From assembly GCA_913043025.1 (NCBI GenBank), contig CAJWLM010000002.1, positions 22,777 to 86,776 of the forward strand: a stretch of 64,000 nucleotides of DNA. Reading direction: 5' to 3'. Both the position numbers and the translations under genes were made by a program. Shown piece after piece: positions 1 to 10,041 of the stretch (its first letter is position 1; the number at the start of each line of letters is the position of its first letter). A model generated the notes under the pieces. That model was not told the DNA's origin and did not search any database. It saw only the letters and a program-made list of their open reading frames with translations. Source of the stretch: an uncultured Rhodospirillaceae bacterium (GTDB lineage: Bacteria; Pseudomonadota; Alphaproteobacteria; UBA8366).

Positions 1-2
1 GT

Positions 3-821
3 GTTCCTGATGATGTATCTCGCCATCTTATTAGCTCGGGTCGGATAAGAAAAATGAGCTTTACAGGCTCAATACCCGTAGGAAAGCACCTCGCAAAGGT
101 TGCGGCCGATCATCTGGTGCGTTGCACATTTGAACTTGGTGGGCATTCGCCTGTACTAGTTTTTGATGATGCAAATATAGACACGGTTATTAAGCACATG
201 GTCCCCTTTAAATACCGTAATAGTGGCCAAGTTTGCATTTCACCTACTCGCTTTTACGTGCATGAAAAAGTGTATGATGATTTTGTGAGCCGTTTTACAG
301 AGGCGGCAAATGCAATGCAGGTGGGAAATGGTATGGACGCAAAAACGCAGATGGGACCAATGGCTAATGGTCGTCGAATAGTTGCGATGGAAGAGTTTAT
401 GCAAGATGCCCGCGACCATAATGTGGAAATAACAACAGGCGGCAATCGAATTGGCAATCAAGGCTACTTTTGGGAACCTACAGTGCTAGCCAATGTACCT
501 GAAGAAGCCATGATAATGTCAAAAGAGCCATTTGGGCCTTTGGCACCGATAGCTAGGTTCGAGGATTTTGATGATGTTGTGGCACGTGCCAATCGACTTC
601 CCTATGGACTTGCATCATATTGCTACACATCTGATCAAAAACGCGCTGATCAGTTAGCAGAGGCGCTTGATACCGGAATGGTTGGGGTCAACAATTTCAT
701 GATCTCGATGCCGGAGACCCCTTTTAGTGGTGTGAAGGAAAGTGGTTATGGCTATGAGAGTGGGGCAGAGGGACTCGAAGTATATCTTCATCATAAATTT
801 GTTTCGCAAACCGGTATGTAG
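3..821 (+). CDS. NAD(P)-dependent aldehyde dehydrogenase, succinate-semialdehyde dehydrogenase-like (5' truncated by window edge)
   Basis: Motifs SFTGS, ELGGHSP, NSGQVCIS (catalytic Cys), EPFGP; the frame is open from position 3 up to the ORF-track ATG at 54. Confidence 0.9.
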   Translation, partial: VPDDVSRHLISSGRIRKMSFTGSIPVGKHLAKVAADHLVRCTFELGGHSPVLVFDDANIDTVIKHMVPFKYRNSGQVCISPTRFYVHEKVYDDFVSRFTEAANAMQVGNGMDAKTQMGPMANGRRIVAMEEFMQDARDHNVEITTGGNRIGNQGYFWEPTVLANVPEEAMIMSKEPFGPLAPIARFEDFDDVVARANRLPYGLASYCYTSDQKRADQLAEALDTGMVGVNNFMISMPETPFSGVKESGYGYESGAEGLEVYLHHKFVSQTGM

Positions 822-845
822 CGAATTACTGCTAAGGTCTTAAGA

Positions 846-2009
846 ATGAGGTTCTCATTATCCGATCATCAAAAAGCAATAAAGGAGAATGTCGCTAAGC
901 TTTGTAGCGATTTTAGTGACGACTACTGGCTGCGCCTTGATGAAAGCGGAAAGTTTCCAGACCGATTTTTCAGAGAAATGGCCAAAGCGGGCTGGCTTGG
1001 TATTGCAATGCCAGAGGAGTTTGGGGGGGCTGGGCTGGGTGTAACTGAGGCCGCATTATTAATGCACGAAGTGGCATATTCAGGTGCGATGAGCGCAGCC
1101 TCAGCGATCCACATAAATATCTTTGGTCCCCACGCGATAGTTGTCCATGGCAGTGCTGAGCAAAAGGCGCGTTGGTTGCCCGGATTAATAAGAGGTGATT
1201 GGATCTCATGCTTTGGTGTTACTGAACCTGATGTTGGGCTCGATACTAAACGTATTACAACACGAGCCGAAAAAGATGGTGACAGCTATATCATTAGTGG
1301 TCGGAAAATATGGACATCGACCGCACAAGATGCGTCAAAAATTCTTCTCATAGCAAGAACAACCCCCATAGAAGACTGTGCAAACCCTATTGATGGGCTC
1401 AGTCTTTTTTATACAGATTTGGATCGCGATTATTGCGAGGTAAGAGAAATACCGAAAATGGGGCGTAAAGCCGTTGATTCTAATACTGTTTTTATAGATG
1501 CTCTTAGGGTGCCCGAGATTGACCGGATCGGGGAAGAAGGCAAAGGGTTCCGATATTTGCTTGATAGCCTCAACCCGGAACGTATTTTAATCGCTGCGGA
1601 GGGCATAGGCATTGGTCGCTCTGCTCTTGCTCGGGCAGCAAAATATGCAGGGGAACGCACTGTTTTTGGCCGCCCAATAGGGCAGAATCAAGCGATACAG
1701 CACCCACTTGCGGAGAGTTGGTGCGAATTGGAAGCGGCTTGGCTTGTTACAATGCAGGCAGCATGGCTTTATGACAACGGGCATGACTGCGGTGCACAGG
1801 CGAACGCAGCCAAATACTTAGCCGGTGAAGCAGGTTTTCGCGCTTGTGAACGCTCAGTAATGAGCCATGGCGGAATGGGCTATGCTAAAGAGTTCCACGT
1901 TGAGCGTTTGCTACGCGAAGTTCTTATTTGTCGTATAGCGCCTGTTACGCCGCACCTTATTTTGAGCCATATCGCAGAACGAGTGCTCGATTTACCAAAG
2001 AGTTATTAA
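846..2009 (+). CDS. Acyl-CoA dehydrogenase family protein
   Basis: FGVTEPDVG, GRKIWTS, LNPERI (isovaleryl-CoA dehydrogenase-type catalytic Glu position), HGGMGY. Confidence 0.92.
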   Translation: MRFSLSDHQKAIKENVAKLCSDFSDDYWLRLDESGKFPDRFFREMAKAGWLGIAMPEEFGGAGLGVTEAALLMHEVAYSGAMSAASAIHINIFGPHAIVVHGSAEQKARWLPGLIRGDWISCFGVTEPDVGLDTKRITTRAEKDGDSYIISGRKIWTSTAQDASKILLIARTTPIEDCANPIDGLSLFYTDLDRDYCEVREIPKMGRKAVDSNTVFIDALRVPEIDRIGEEGKGFRYLLDSLNPERILIAAEGIGIGRSALARAAKYAGERTVFGRPIGQNQAIQHPLAESWCELEAAWLVTMQAAWLYDNGHDCGAQANAAKYLAGEAGFRACERSVMSHGGMGYAKEFHVERLLREVLICRIAPVTPHLILSHIAERVLDLPKSY

Positions 2010-2013
2010 TCCG

Positions 2014-4107
2014 GTGCCGACGGATATTGAGAAACTTATTCAACCGTCCTCAATCGCGGTTATAGGCGCATCTGCTGATTTCAACAAACTCAATGGTCGG
2101 GTTATGAAGTTTCTGATCGACCATGGCTTCTCAGGAGAAATCTATCCGGTAAATCCAAAGTATGACCTTATCGAGGGCTTGAAGTGTTATTCGAACATTG
2201 ACGATTTACCCAAGCCTGCCGACCTTGCAGTCATCACGGTGCCGGCTCACTCTGTAGTGAAAGTAGTTGAAGCTTGCGGACGTAAGGGTATTAAAGCGGC
2301 AGTTTTATTTAGCTCAGGTTTCAAAGAGATCGGTGGAAAGGGTGAAGCACTTGAGGCAACATTGGTTGCTACTGCCAAAAAAGCAGGCGTGCGTATTTGC
2401 GGTCCAAACACCATCGGATTGATAAATTGTTTTGACAATGCTTTTGCTAGTTTTTCTCAGTATGGATATGGTGAAAATATTGTTGGATCGATTTCTTTTA
2501 TCAGCCAGTCCGGCGCTTTTGGGACCGCGATTGCAGCTCTCGCGAGAGCTCGCGGCATTGGTCTTGGATATTTCATATCGACAGGTAATGAGTGCGACCT
2601 ATCTGTTCCGGAGATTGCCTACGCTACTTTGAAAGATCCTCGTATTAATGTCATTACGTGTTATGTGGAAGGCTTAAAACATGGCGAAAACTGGATTTCA
2701 CTAGCAGAATTAGCACTAGCTTCCTCCAAACCAGTTATTGTTACGAAGGTTGGTCGATCAGCAGCAGGAAAGCGGGCCGCCGCCTCACATACTGGTTCTC
2801 TCGCCGGTGCTGATGAAGTGTTTGACGGGTTCTCCAAGCAGTATGGTCTGATTCGCGCGCGTAACGAAGAGCATATGTTGGATTTGGCTGATGCCTTTAT
2901 GCTGTGTGGTCTTCCTGAGGGCCCAGGGGTCGGAATTATTACTCAATCGGGTGGCGCAGGTGTAATGATGACTGATCGTGCTGTAGAGCTTGGGCTAAAT
3001 GTTCCAAAGCCATGCCGAAAAGTCATGTCAGCCATCAACGAAATTATCCCATCATTTGGAAGTGCAAATAATCCAATCGATGTTACAGCTCAATTTTTAA
3101 TGAATCCCGAGGTACTTCGAGACAGTATTATTCGTTTATTCGACGATCCAGACATTCACATAGGTGTAGTTTGGTTGCAACTTATGCATGACCACGTTGA
3201 TTTGTTAACAAAGATATTCAAACAAACAAAATTTAGAGTAAAGAAGCCATTTTTAGTGGCCTGGGTAGGTGCAAGCGAAGAGACCATTCAGAAAATGAGA
3301 GCGATTGGTGTTTGTTGTTTGCGTGGTGGGGATCCAGCCATAGATGCTGCGGCTGCTTTAGTGCAGTTTAGTGAAGCAAAATGTCGTTACACGGTACCTT
3401 TTACAAAAAATCGAGGAAGAAAAATTACCAGCGTGTCCCTCATGGGTCATAGCGGCATTGTCTCCAGTAATGATGCGGGTGATTTGCTAGTTAAAGCTGG
3501 GGTCTCTATTCCAAAACATAAACTTTGTAAAAGTTCTGCGGCAGCTGTCGCAGCCGCTAAATTGTTTGGATCTGACGTTGCCTTAAAAATAGAGTCACCG
3601 GATATTCAACACAAGACTGATGTTGGTGGAGTGAAATTAGCATTAAACGGCAGCGATGCGATAGAAGAGGGCTATGCAGAAATTTTATCTGCGGTCGCAG
3701 CCAATGCACCAAATGCAAGGATTGACGGCATCCTAGTTGAAGAAATGGTGGAGCCGGCTACGGAATTAGTTATCGGGTTAAAGCGTGATCCTACTTTTGG
3801 GTGTATTATAATGGTCGGTTTAGGAGGAATATTTGTCGAAATAATCAGGGATGTGGCTATTCGTCTTTGCCCTGTCACTATCGTTGATGCACATCATATG
3901 CTGGATAACTTAAAATGCTCTGGAATTCTTGATGGAACTAGGGGTTCTCGGGGGGCAAATAGAGAGCTGATAGCGCGAATGATTGTCGATGTTTCAGAAC
4001 TCGGCATTGCTCTTAAAGACAGCTTGGTCGAACTGGATCTTAATCCCGTTTTTGTCTCAGTAAACTCTGCTATTGCAGTGGATTGGCTGATGGTGGCGGA
4101 AAAGTGA
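2014..4107 (+). CDS. Acyl-CoA synthetase (NDP-forming), acetate-CoA ligase family, fused alpha/beta
   Basis: CoA-binding IAVIGAS and YPVNP, GPNTIG, SQSGA, phospho-His motif AASHTG, C-terminal ATP-grasp HKTDVGGV and ELDLNP. Confidence 0.9.
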   Translation: MPTDIEKLIQPSSIAVIGASADFNKLNGRVMKFLIDHGFSGEIYPVNPKYDLIEGLKCYSNIDDLPKPADLAVITVPAHSVVKVVEACGRKGIKAAVLFSSGFKEIGGKGEALEATLVATAKKAGVRICGPNTIGLINCFDNAFASFSQYGYGENIVGSISFISQSGAFGTAIAALARARGIGLGYFISTGNECDLSVPEIAYATLKDPRINVITCYVEGLKHGENWISLAELALASSKPVIVTKVGRSAAGKRAAASHTGSLAGADEVFDGFSKQYGLIRARNEEHMLDLADAFMLCGLPEGPGVGIITQSGGAGVMMTDRAVELGLNVPKPCRKVMSAINEIIPSFGSANNPIDVTAQFLMNPEVLRDSIIRLFDDPDIHIGVVWLQLMHDHVDLLTKIFKQTKFRVKKPFLVAWVGASEETIQKMRAIGVCCLRGGDPAIDAAAALVQFSEAKCRYTVPFTKNRGRKITSVSLMGHSGIVSSNDAGDLLVKAGVSIPKHKLCKSSAAAVAAAKLFGSDVALKIESPDIQHKTDVGGVKLALNGSDAIEEGYAEILSAVAANAPNARIDGILVEEMVEPATELVIGLKRDPTFGCIIMVGLGGIFVEIIRDVAIRLCPVTIVDAHHMLDNLKCSGILDGTRGSRGANRELIARMIVDVSELGIALKDSLVELDLNPVFVSVNSAIAVDWLMVAEK

Positions 4108-5627
4108 CTTGGCAGAGACGAAGTTTTCTGCTGAGTAGTGTTTCGGCGCTTGCTTGCCCTAATATTTTGCGAGCAAGACCCTTATTCAGATTCCCTGATT
4201 ATCCTTTTAGACTTGGCGTCGCTTCAGGAGATCCATCGCCGGACGGGGTTGTTCTTTGGACACGTCTTATACCTTCCCCTTTTGATGAGTTCTACGGGAT
4301 GAAAAATGAAGCTGTTGAGGTCGAGTGGCAAATCGCATCCGATGAAGCTATGACGAAGATCATCGCAGCAGGTTCTCAGTTGGCGGAACCGGTTAAAGCG
4401 CATTCTGTACATGTTGAGGTATTCGGCCTTCGACCTCATACATTTTATTGGTATCGTTTCAGGGTGGGTTCCGAAATAAGCCCAAAAGGGCGCACGCGAA
4501 CGCTTCCTTTGCCAGAAATGTCCGTTGATACCGTACGTTTAGGGGTAGTGTCATGTCAAAAATATGAAGATGGTTTTTTCACAGGCTTCCGTCACTTAGC
4601 AGATGAAGATATGGATCTCATTCTTCATCTTGGTGATTACATTTATGAGAAGGGTGGTAAATTTAATAAACCACGCACCCACCGTGGCAAAACGTGCCGC
4701 ACTATCGAAGATTACCGGAACCGTTACACACAGTATAAGATGGATGATGACTTGCAGGCCGCGCATGCAAGCCACCCTTGGGCAGTTTCATTTGATGATC
4801 ACGAATTTGTAAATGATTATGCCGGTGCAGATGAAGGCAACGGAGATCCGCAGGATAAATTAACGGCTAGACGTAGTGCCGCCTATCAGGCGTATTATGA
4901 ACATATGCCGCTGCGACGGTTTTGTATCCCGGTACGCCACTCAATGCGGCTTTACAGGCGATTTAGATTTGGTAACTTACTTTCGGTCAATGTCCTCGAT
5001 ACTCGCCAATATCGCACGGAGCAACCATGTTACAACGGCAAGCAGACGGCACGTTGCGAAGAAGTTTTTAATAAGGAAGCGACAATACTTGGAAAAAATC
5101 AAGAACGCTGGCTGTTTAAAAATTTAACTGAGGACAAAGTTCGCTGGAATGCTATTGCACAGCAAGTAATTGTGGCTCCGCGTCAATTGCGTGAAAATAT
5201 GTATAGTATGGACAAGTGGGACGGGTACGAAGTTGCGCGACAACGACTTTTCCACACGCTTCGTGTTGGTAAGGTATTGAATCCAATAATTTTATCTGGA
5301 GATAACCACAGACATTCTGCGGCAGACATAAATATGCGGCCCGGCGATCCAGATACTCCTGTACTTGCTTCCGAATTTATAGGAGGCTCAATTACTTCGC
5401 GTGGTGACGGATTTTCGATGACTGAATATGGGCAGCGAATTCTTAATCTGAATCCACATTTCAAATATTTTTGCGACCAAAGAGGATATATGCGGTGCAT
5501 TATTACTGCCAAGAAATGGCAGACCGATTATCGTATAATGGACTATGTCGAGAGAGCAGGTTCACCAATAGAAACTCGTGTAAGTTATGCCATAGAGCAT
5601 GGCCATGCAGGTTTGACAAAGTTATAA
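4104..5627 (+). CDS. phoD: Alkaline phosphatase D family (PhoD) phosphodiesterase, Tat-exported
   Basis: Tat motif QRRSFLL; FRLGVASGDP, VVLWTR, HLGDYIYE, FDDHEF, LDTRQYR, DKWDGY, LSGDNH; GTG at 4104 overlaps the upstream TGA (GTGA). Confidence 0.92.
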   Translation: MTWQRRSFLLSSVSALACPNILRARPLFRFPDYPFRLGVASGDPSPDGVVLWTRLIPSPFDEFYGMKNEAVEVEWQIASDEAMTKIIAAGSQLAEPVKAHSVHVEVFGLRPHTFYWYRFRVGSEISPKGRTRTLPLPEMSVDTVRLGVVSCQKYEDGFFTGFRHLADEDMDLILHLGDYIYEKGGKFNKPRTHRGKTCRTIEDYRNRYTQYKMDDDLQAAHASHPWAVSFDDHEFVNDYAGADEGNGDPQDKLTARRSAAYQAYYEHMPLRRFCIPVRHSMRLYRRFRFGNLLSVNVLDTRQYRTEQPCYNGKQTARCEEVFNKEATILGKNQERWLFKNLTEDKVRWNAIAQQVIVAPRQLRENMYSMDKWDGYEVARQRLFHTLRVGKVLNPIILSGDNHRHSAADINMRPGDPDTPVLASEFIGGSITSRGDGFSMTEYGQRILNLNPHFKYFCDQRGYMRCIITAKKWQTDYRIMDYVERAGSPIETRVSYAIEHGHAGLTKL

Positions 5628-5941
5628 AAAGATTTTGCCATTATTTGTTTGTCGATAGACAGCATGATTTCATAGCTGTTACGTTGTCTTCACAACGATG
5701 ACATAGTCTTGAAGTGAGAATAGGCTAATGATTAAAATTAAACGAAGGTACCTTCTGATTGTTTTTGAAGATGGGTTAAATGCTTTATAGTCTAATAGTT
5801 TTTATGCGACATCTCACCTCTTGCACGGTTAGGGTAGTTCGATCAATAATGTAAATACGTTATAGTGAAGAGTAATAAGTTTCATCAGGAGAACTACGGT
5901 GCGCATAGCGCGCCGTTGACATTTTCGGGGAGGGCGTATCG

Positions 5942-7468
5942 TTGGTCGTGGATGCAAGCAAAGATAATTTATTAATTGGCGTATGTGGTGCGGGGGCTAT
6001 GGGACGTGGGATTGTCCAGGTGGCCAGCGTCGGCGGCGTTCGGGTCAAAGTATTTGATATAAATAATGAGCAGCTCGAAGAAGCATTACAGTTTATCGAT
6101 AATATGCTTGGTAGAGCAGTTGAAAAAGGCCGTATGCAGGAAGTAGCCCGACAGGATGCGGTGTCTCGTATAGAGTTAGTCGGAGCTATATCGGATTTGA
6201 GTGACTGCGAGATAGTTATTGAGGCAGCAACTGAGAATTTAGAAATCAAAAAGAAAATATTTGCCGAAATAGAGGATGTCGTATCAGACAATACTATCAT
6301 AGCAACAAATACATCTTCATTGTCAGTGACGACTATTGCCTCAGCGTGCAAGAGGCCAGAACGAATTGCCGGTTTTCATTTTTTCAACCCCGTTCCTTTA
6401 ATGAAGCTAGTAGAGGTGATCGACGGTGTTTTAACAGAACCTTATGTTGGTGACCAATTAATGATTCTCGGATCGAGAATGACCAGGGAGCCGGTTCGCC
6501 TCAAAGATGCGCCTGGTTTTCTCGTGAATCAGGTAGGTAGAGGCTACAACGTTGAGACCCAGCATTTGCAGGCAGAATGCGTAGGTGAGTTTGTTGACCT
6601 CGATCGAATTCTACGTGATGGCGCTGGTTTTCGGATGGGGCCATTTGAATTAATGGATCTGACCGGCCTTGATGTCACTCATCCGGCTTCAGAATTGATA
6701 TATCGTCAATTTTTCGATGAACCAAGGTATAGGCCATCACCGGTCATGCAATCCCGAATGGAGGCTGGCATCCTTGGACGGAAGACAAATCGTGGGTACT
6801 ATGTTTACGAAAATGGGAAAAAGTTGGAGCCTGAAAGGGAGGCTCTCCCGGAGTACGATGGTGGCCCGGTTTGGATCAGCAAAGCTGAGCCAGATGGGCA
6901 TGCTGCATTGGTTGATGTTGTAAGCAAGTGCGGTGCGAAAATAGTCACTGGCGATACACCACCTGACGGAGCCCTAATTCTTGTCACGCCTATTGGACAA
7001 GAGGTCACTCAGACAGCGGTAGAGCAGGGGTTAGATGCTACTAGAACACTTGGTGTTGACTATCTTGTGGGGCTCGGGACACACCGCACAGTCGTTAGTA
7101 ATCCAGCAACAAGTGTTGAATATCGTGATAGAGCCCTTGGATTGCTGAATAATGATGGTGTTGGTGCCACGGCAGTAAGAGATTGTCCGGCTTTCGTTTG
7201 TCAACGTGTGCTAGCCACTATTTGTAATATCGGCTGCCAAATCGCCCAACTAGGCACAGCAGAGCCAGAGGATATCGACAAAGCAGTAGTGCTGGGATTG
7301 AATTATCCATCCGGACCACTGTCATTCGGTGAAGCATTAGGACCAAAGAATGTTTTAAAAATTCTTGAAGGTCTGTACACCTCGTATGGCGATCCGCGCT
7401 ATCGGCCAAGCCCCTGGCTTCGGCGTCGCGCCATGCTCGGGCTATCGCTGTTTGATAAAGAAATTTAA
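5942..7468 (+). CDS. 3-hydroxyacyl-CoA dehydrogenase, PaaH-like, with duplicated C-terminal domain
   Basis: GAGAMGRGI, IEAATE, ATNTSSL, HFFNPVPLMKLVE, MGPFELMDLTG, second GLNYPSGP domain. Confidence 0.9.
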   Translation: MVVDASKDNLLIGVCGAGAMGRGIVQVASVGGVRVKVFDINNEQLEEALQFIDNMLGRAVEKGRMQEVARQDAVSRIELVGAISDLSDCEIVIEAATENLEIKKKIFAEIEDVVSDNTIIATNTSSLSVTTIASACKRPERIAGFHFFNPVPLMKLVEVIDGVLTEPYVGDQLMILGSRMTREPVRLKDAPGFLVNQVGRGYNVETQHLQAECVGEFVDLDRILRDGAGFRMGPFELMDLTGLDVTHPASELIYRQFFDEPRYRPSPVMQSRMEAGILGRKTNRGYYVYENGKKLEPEREALPEYDGGPVWISKAEPDGHAALVDVVSKCGAKIVTGDTPPDGALILVTPIGQEVTQTAVEQGLDATRTLGVDYLVGLGTHRTVVSNPATSVEYRDRALGLLNNDGVGATAVRDCPAFVCQRVLATICNIGCQIAQLGTAEPEDIDKAVVLGLNYPSGPLSFGEALGPKNVLKILEGLYTSYGDPRYRPSPWLRRRAMLGLSLFDKEI

Positions 7469-7503
7469 TTTTTTGAAATACCTACAGAGAGAGGAAAAAT
7501 AAT

Positions 7504-8709
7504 ATGCTGGATGCTTACATTTATGACGGTAAACGAACTCCCTTTGGCCGTTATAGTGGTTCGCTCTCGAGCGTGCGCCCCGATGATCTACTTGGGAGTG
7601 TTATAAAAACCATTGTTGATGAAAACCCGGTCAATCCAGATGATATCGATGATGTTTACGTAGGTTGTGGTAATCAAGGTGGAGAAGACTCTAGGTGTGT
7701 AGCTCGTCATGCTGCTTTATCAGCAGGGCTGCCTACTACAACGCCAGGTGTTGTCTTTCAACGAAATTGCGCAAGTGGGCTTACTGCCATTTCTACAGCA
7801 GCCCAATCCATAACAGCTGGTGAAGGCGATTTCTTTATTGCCGGTGGTGTGGAGAGTATGAGCCGAGCTCCTTTTGTCGTTGGGAAAGCAGATTCGGCCT
7901 TCAATCGCCAGTTTAACGTTTTTGATAGCACTATAGGATCGCGCTTCCCCAATCAGAAAATAGTCGATCAGTATGGGGATGATAGTATGCCTCAGACCGC
8001 AGATAACTTGGCTGAGGAATTTCAAATCACTAGGGAGGACGCTGACTCATTTGCTCTTGCCTCTCAAAATAAATATGAGGCTGCTGAAAAGGATGGTTTT
8101 TTTGCAGATGAAATTAACTCGGTTACATATGATGGCGGGCGAAAAATTGGTGAAGTAACAATAAGTGATGATGAACATCCGCGCCGTGGTTCGACTATGG
8201 ATGGGCTGGCAAGATTGCGAGAGCTTAATAAGGGAGGAGTTACGACCGCTGGCAATGCGTCTGGCGTGAATGATGGTGCTGTTGCTATGATTGTTGGATC
8301 TCAAAAGTTAGGGGAACAAACTGGCATGAAACCCATCGCCCGCATAATCGCGAGTGCTTCAGCTGGCGTTGAACCTCGAATAATGGGCTTTGGGCCCGTG
8401 CCTGCTTCCCAAAAGGCTCTCCAGCGGGCTGGCCTCGAATTGAAAGATATGGACATAATTGAGATTAATGAGGCTTTCGCTGCTCAAGTTCTGGCCTGTT
8501 TGCGTGGCTTTAATATTGCTCTTGATGATAGTCGGGTGAACCCAAATGGTGGAGCAATAGCGCTCGGTCATCCTTTGGGTGCCTCTGGCCCTCGCATCGC
8601 TCTTACGGCAGCAAGAGAGTTACATCGTCGGGGTGGAAAATATGCGCTAGTGAGCCTTTGTGTTGGGGTTGGTCAGGGCGCGGCCATGATCATGGAGCGG
8701 TGTGATTAA
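7504..8709 (+). CDS. 3-oxoadipyl-CoA thiolase-like acetyl-CoA C-acyltransferase (PcaF/PaaJ family)
   Basis: RTPFGRY, RPDDL, NCASG, GGVESMSRAP, TAGNASGVNDGA, NEAFA, GHPLGASG, LCVGVGQG. Confidence 0.9.
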   Translation: MLDAYIYDGKRTPFGRYSGSLSSVRPDDLLGSVIKTIVDENPVNPDDIDDVYVGCGNQGGEDSRCVARHAALSAGLPTTTPGVVFQRNCASGLTAISTAAQSITAGEGDFFIAGGVESMSRAPFVVGKADSAFNRQFNVFDSTIGSRFPNQKIVDQYGDDSMPQTADNLAEEFQITREDADSFALASQNKYEAAEKDGFFADEINSVTYDGGRKIGEVTISDDEHPRRGSTMDGLARLRELNKGGVTTAGNASGVNDGAVAMIVGSQKLGEQTGMKPIARIIASASAGVEPRIMGFGPVPASQKALQRAGLELKDMDIIEINEAFAAQVLACLRGFNIALDDSRVNPNGGAIALGHPLGASGPRIALTAARELHRRGGKYALVSLCVGVGQGAAMIMERCD

Positions 8710-8753
8710 TAAATTTTGCAGGTCGTCTTTAACAAGCCGATTTTAAAGTCAAT

Positions 8754-8796
8754 AAGGGGGTCGACCTTCGATTTTAGTTGGGCACGGCCCCTTTTT
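8754..8796 (+). terminator. Possible intrinsic terminator or stabilising hairpin between the thiolase and gcdH
   Basis: aagggggtcg...cggcccctttt inverted repeat followed by a T-tract. Confidence 0.45.
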
Positions 8797-8816
8797 GGTT
8801 GAGGAATTAAGGTAAT

Positions 8817-9992
8817 ATGGTACAGAAATTTGCATGGGATGATGCGCTTCTTTTGGATGATCAATTATCGGAAGAGGAACGCCAAATTCGCGACTCTACA
8901 GCTAATTTTGCACAAGCTGAATTAATGCCCCGTATTCTAAAGTGGAATAGAGAGGAAACTTTTGACCCCGATATAATGAAAGAATTTGGATCGCTAGGAA
9001 TACTCGGCGCGACTATACCTGACTACGGCTGTGCTGGTATTGGGCGTGTCGCATACGGCTTGGCGTGTCGGGAGCTTGAAAGAGTAGACACTGCTTTCCG
9101 ATCCGCTGTAGGAGTGCAAACCGGGCTAGCGATGTCTGCTATATACGATTTTGGGTCTGCCGAGCAAAAAGACCGGTTCCTACCAGGTATGCGAGAGGGG
9201 AGCCTGATAGGTTGTTTTGGTCTGACCGAACCTGATCATGGGTCTGATGCTGGAGCACTGCAAACCCGCGCAAAGAGTTGCGATGGTGGTTATAAATTGA
9301 ATGGCACAAAGGTTTGGATAACTCATTCACCTGTCGCTGATATTTTGATTGTTTGGGCTCGGGATGATAGCGGCAGTATCGGTGGATTCCTTCTAGAACG
9401 GGGCATGGAGGGATTAGAAACTCCAAAGATCGAGGGTAAGTTTGGCGTTAGAGCCTCTCCAACTGGCTTTATCATGATGGACGATGTTTTTGTGCCTGAG
9501 GAAAATCGTATGCCAAATGCGAATGGACTTGGTGCCCCCCTGACTTGTTTAAATAACGCACGGTTTGGTATTTGTTGGGGTGCCCTTGGGGCGGCTGAAT
9601 TTTGTTGGCAGGCAACGCGCCAATACGTCATTGATCGCAAACAATTCGGCAGACCGCTTGCTGCAAATCAGATGATCCAAAGAAAACTTGCGGATATGCA
9701 AACTGAAATTTCTATCGGTCTTCAGGCAGTTCTTCGGGTTAGCCGACTGGCGGATGAGAGTAAAGCGTCTCCGGAAATGATTAGTCTTGTAAAACGCAAC
9801 TCGACTGGGAAAGCGTTAGAGGTGGTTCGGCATTGTCGAGATATGCATGGTGGGAACGGTATCATTGATGAATATCATATTATTCGTCACTTAGGAAATA
9901 TGGAAGCCATCAATACCTTAGAGGGAACCGCAGATATTCATGCGTTAATTCTTGGTCGTGCGCAAACTGGCATTCAAGCGTTCACTGGTTGA
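8817..9992 (+). CDS. gcdH: Glutaryl-CoA dehydrogenase-like acyl-CoA dehydrogenase
   Basis: [14 protein letters not shown]-terminus, [44 protein letters not shown] typical of GCDH. Confidence 0.82.
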   Translation: MVQKFAWDDALLLDDQLSEEERQIRDSTANFAQAELMPRILKWNREETFDPDIMKEFGSLGILGATIPDYGCAGIGRVAYGLACRELERVDTAFRSAVGVQTGLAMSAIYDFGSAEQKDRFLPGMREGSLIGCFGLTEPDHGSDAGALQTRAKSCDGGYKLNGTKVWITHSPVADILIVWARDDSGSIGGFLLERGMEGLETPKIEGKFGVRASPTGFIMMDDVFVPEENRMPNANGLGAPLTCLNNARFGICWGALGAAEFCWQATRQYVIDRKQFGRPLAANQMIQRKLADMQTEISIGLQAVLRVSRLADESKASPEMISLVKRNSTGKALEVVRHCRDMHGGNGIIDEYHIIRHLGNMEAINTLEGTADIHALILGRAQTGIQAFTG

Positions 9993-10041
9993 GGTGTTGA
10001 TTATTTTTTAGGGTAACTTGGAGATACCGTAAAGTACATGT

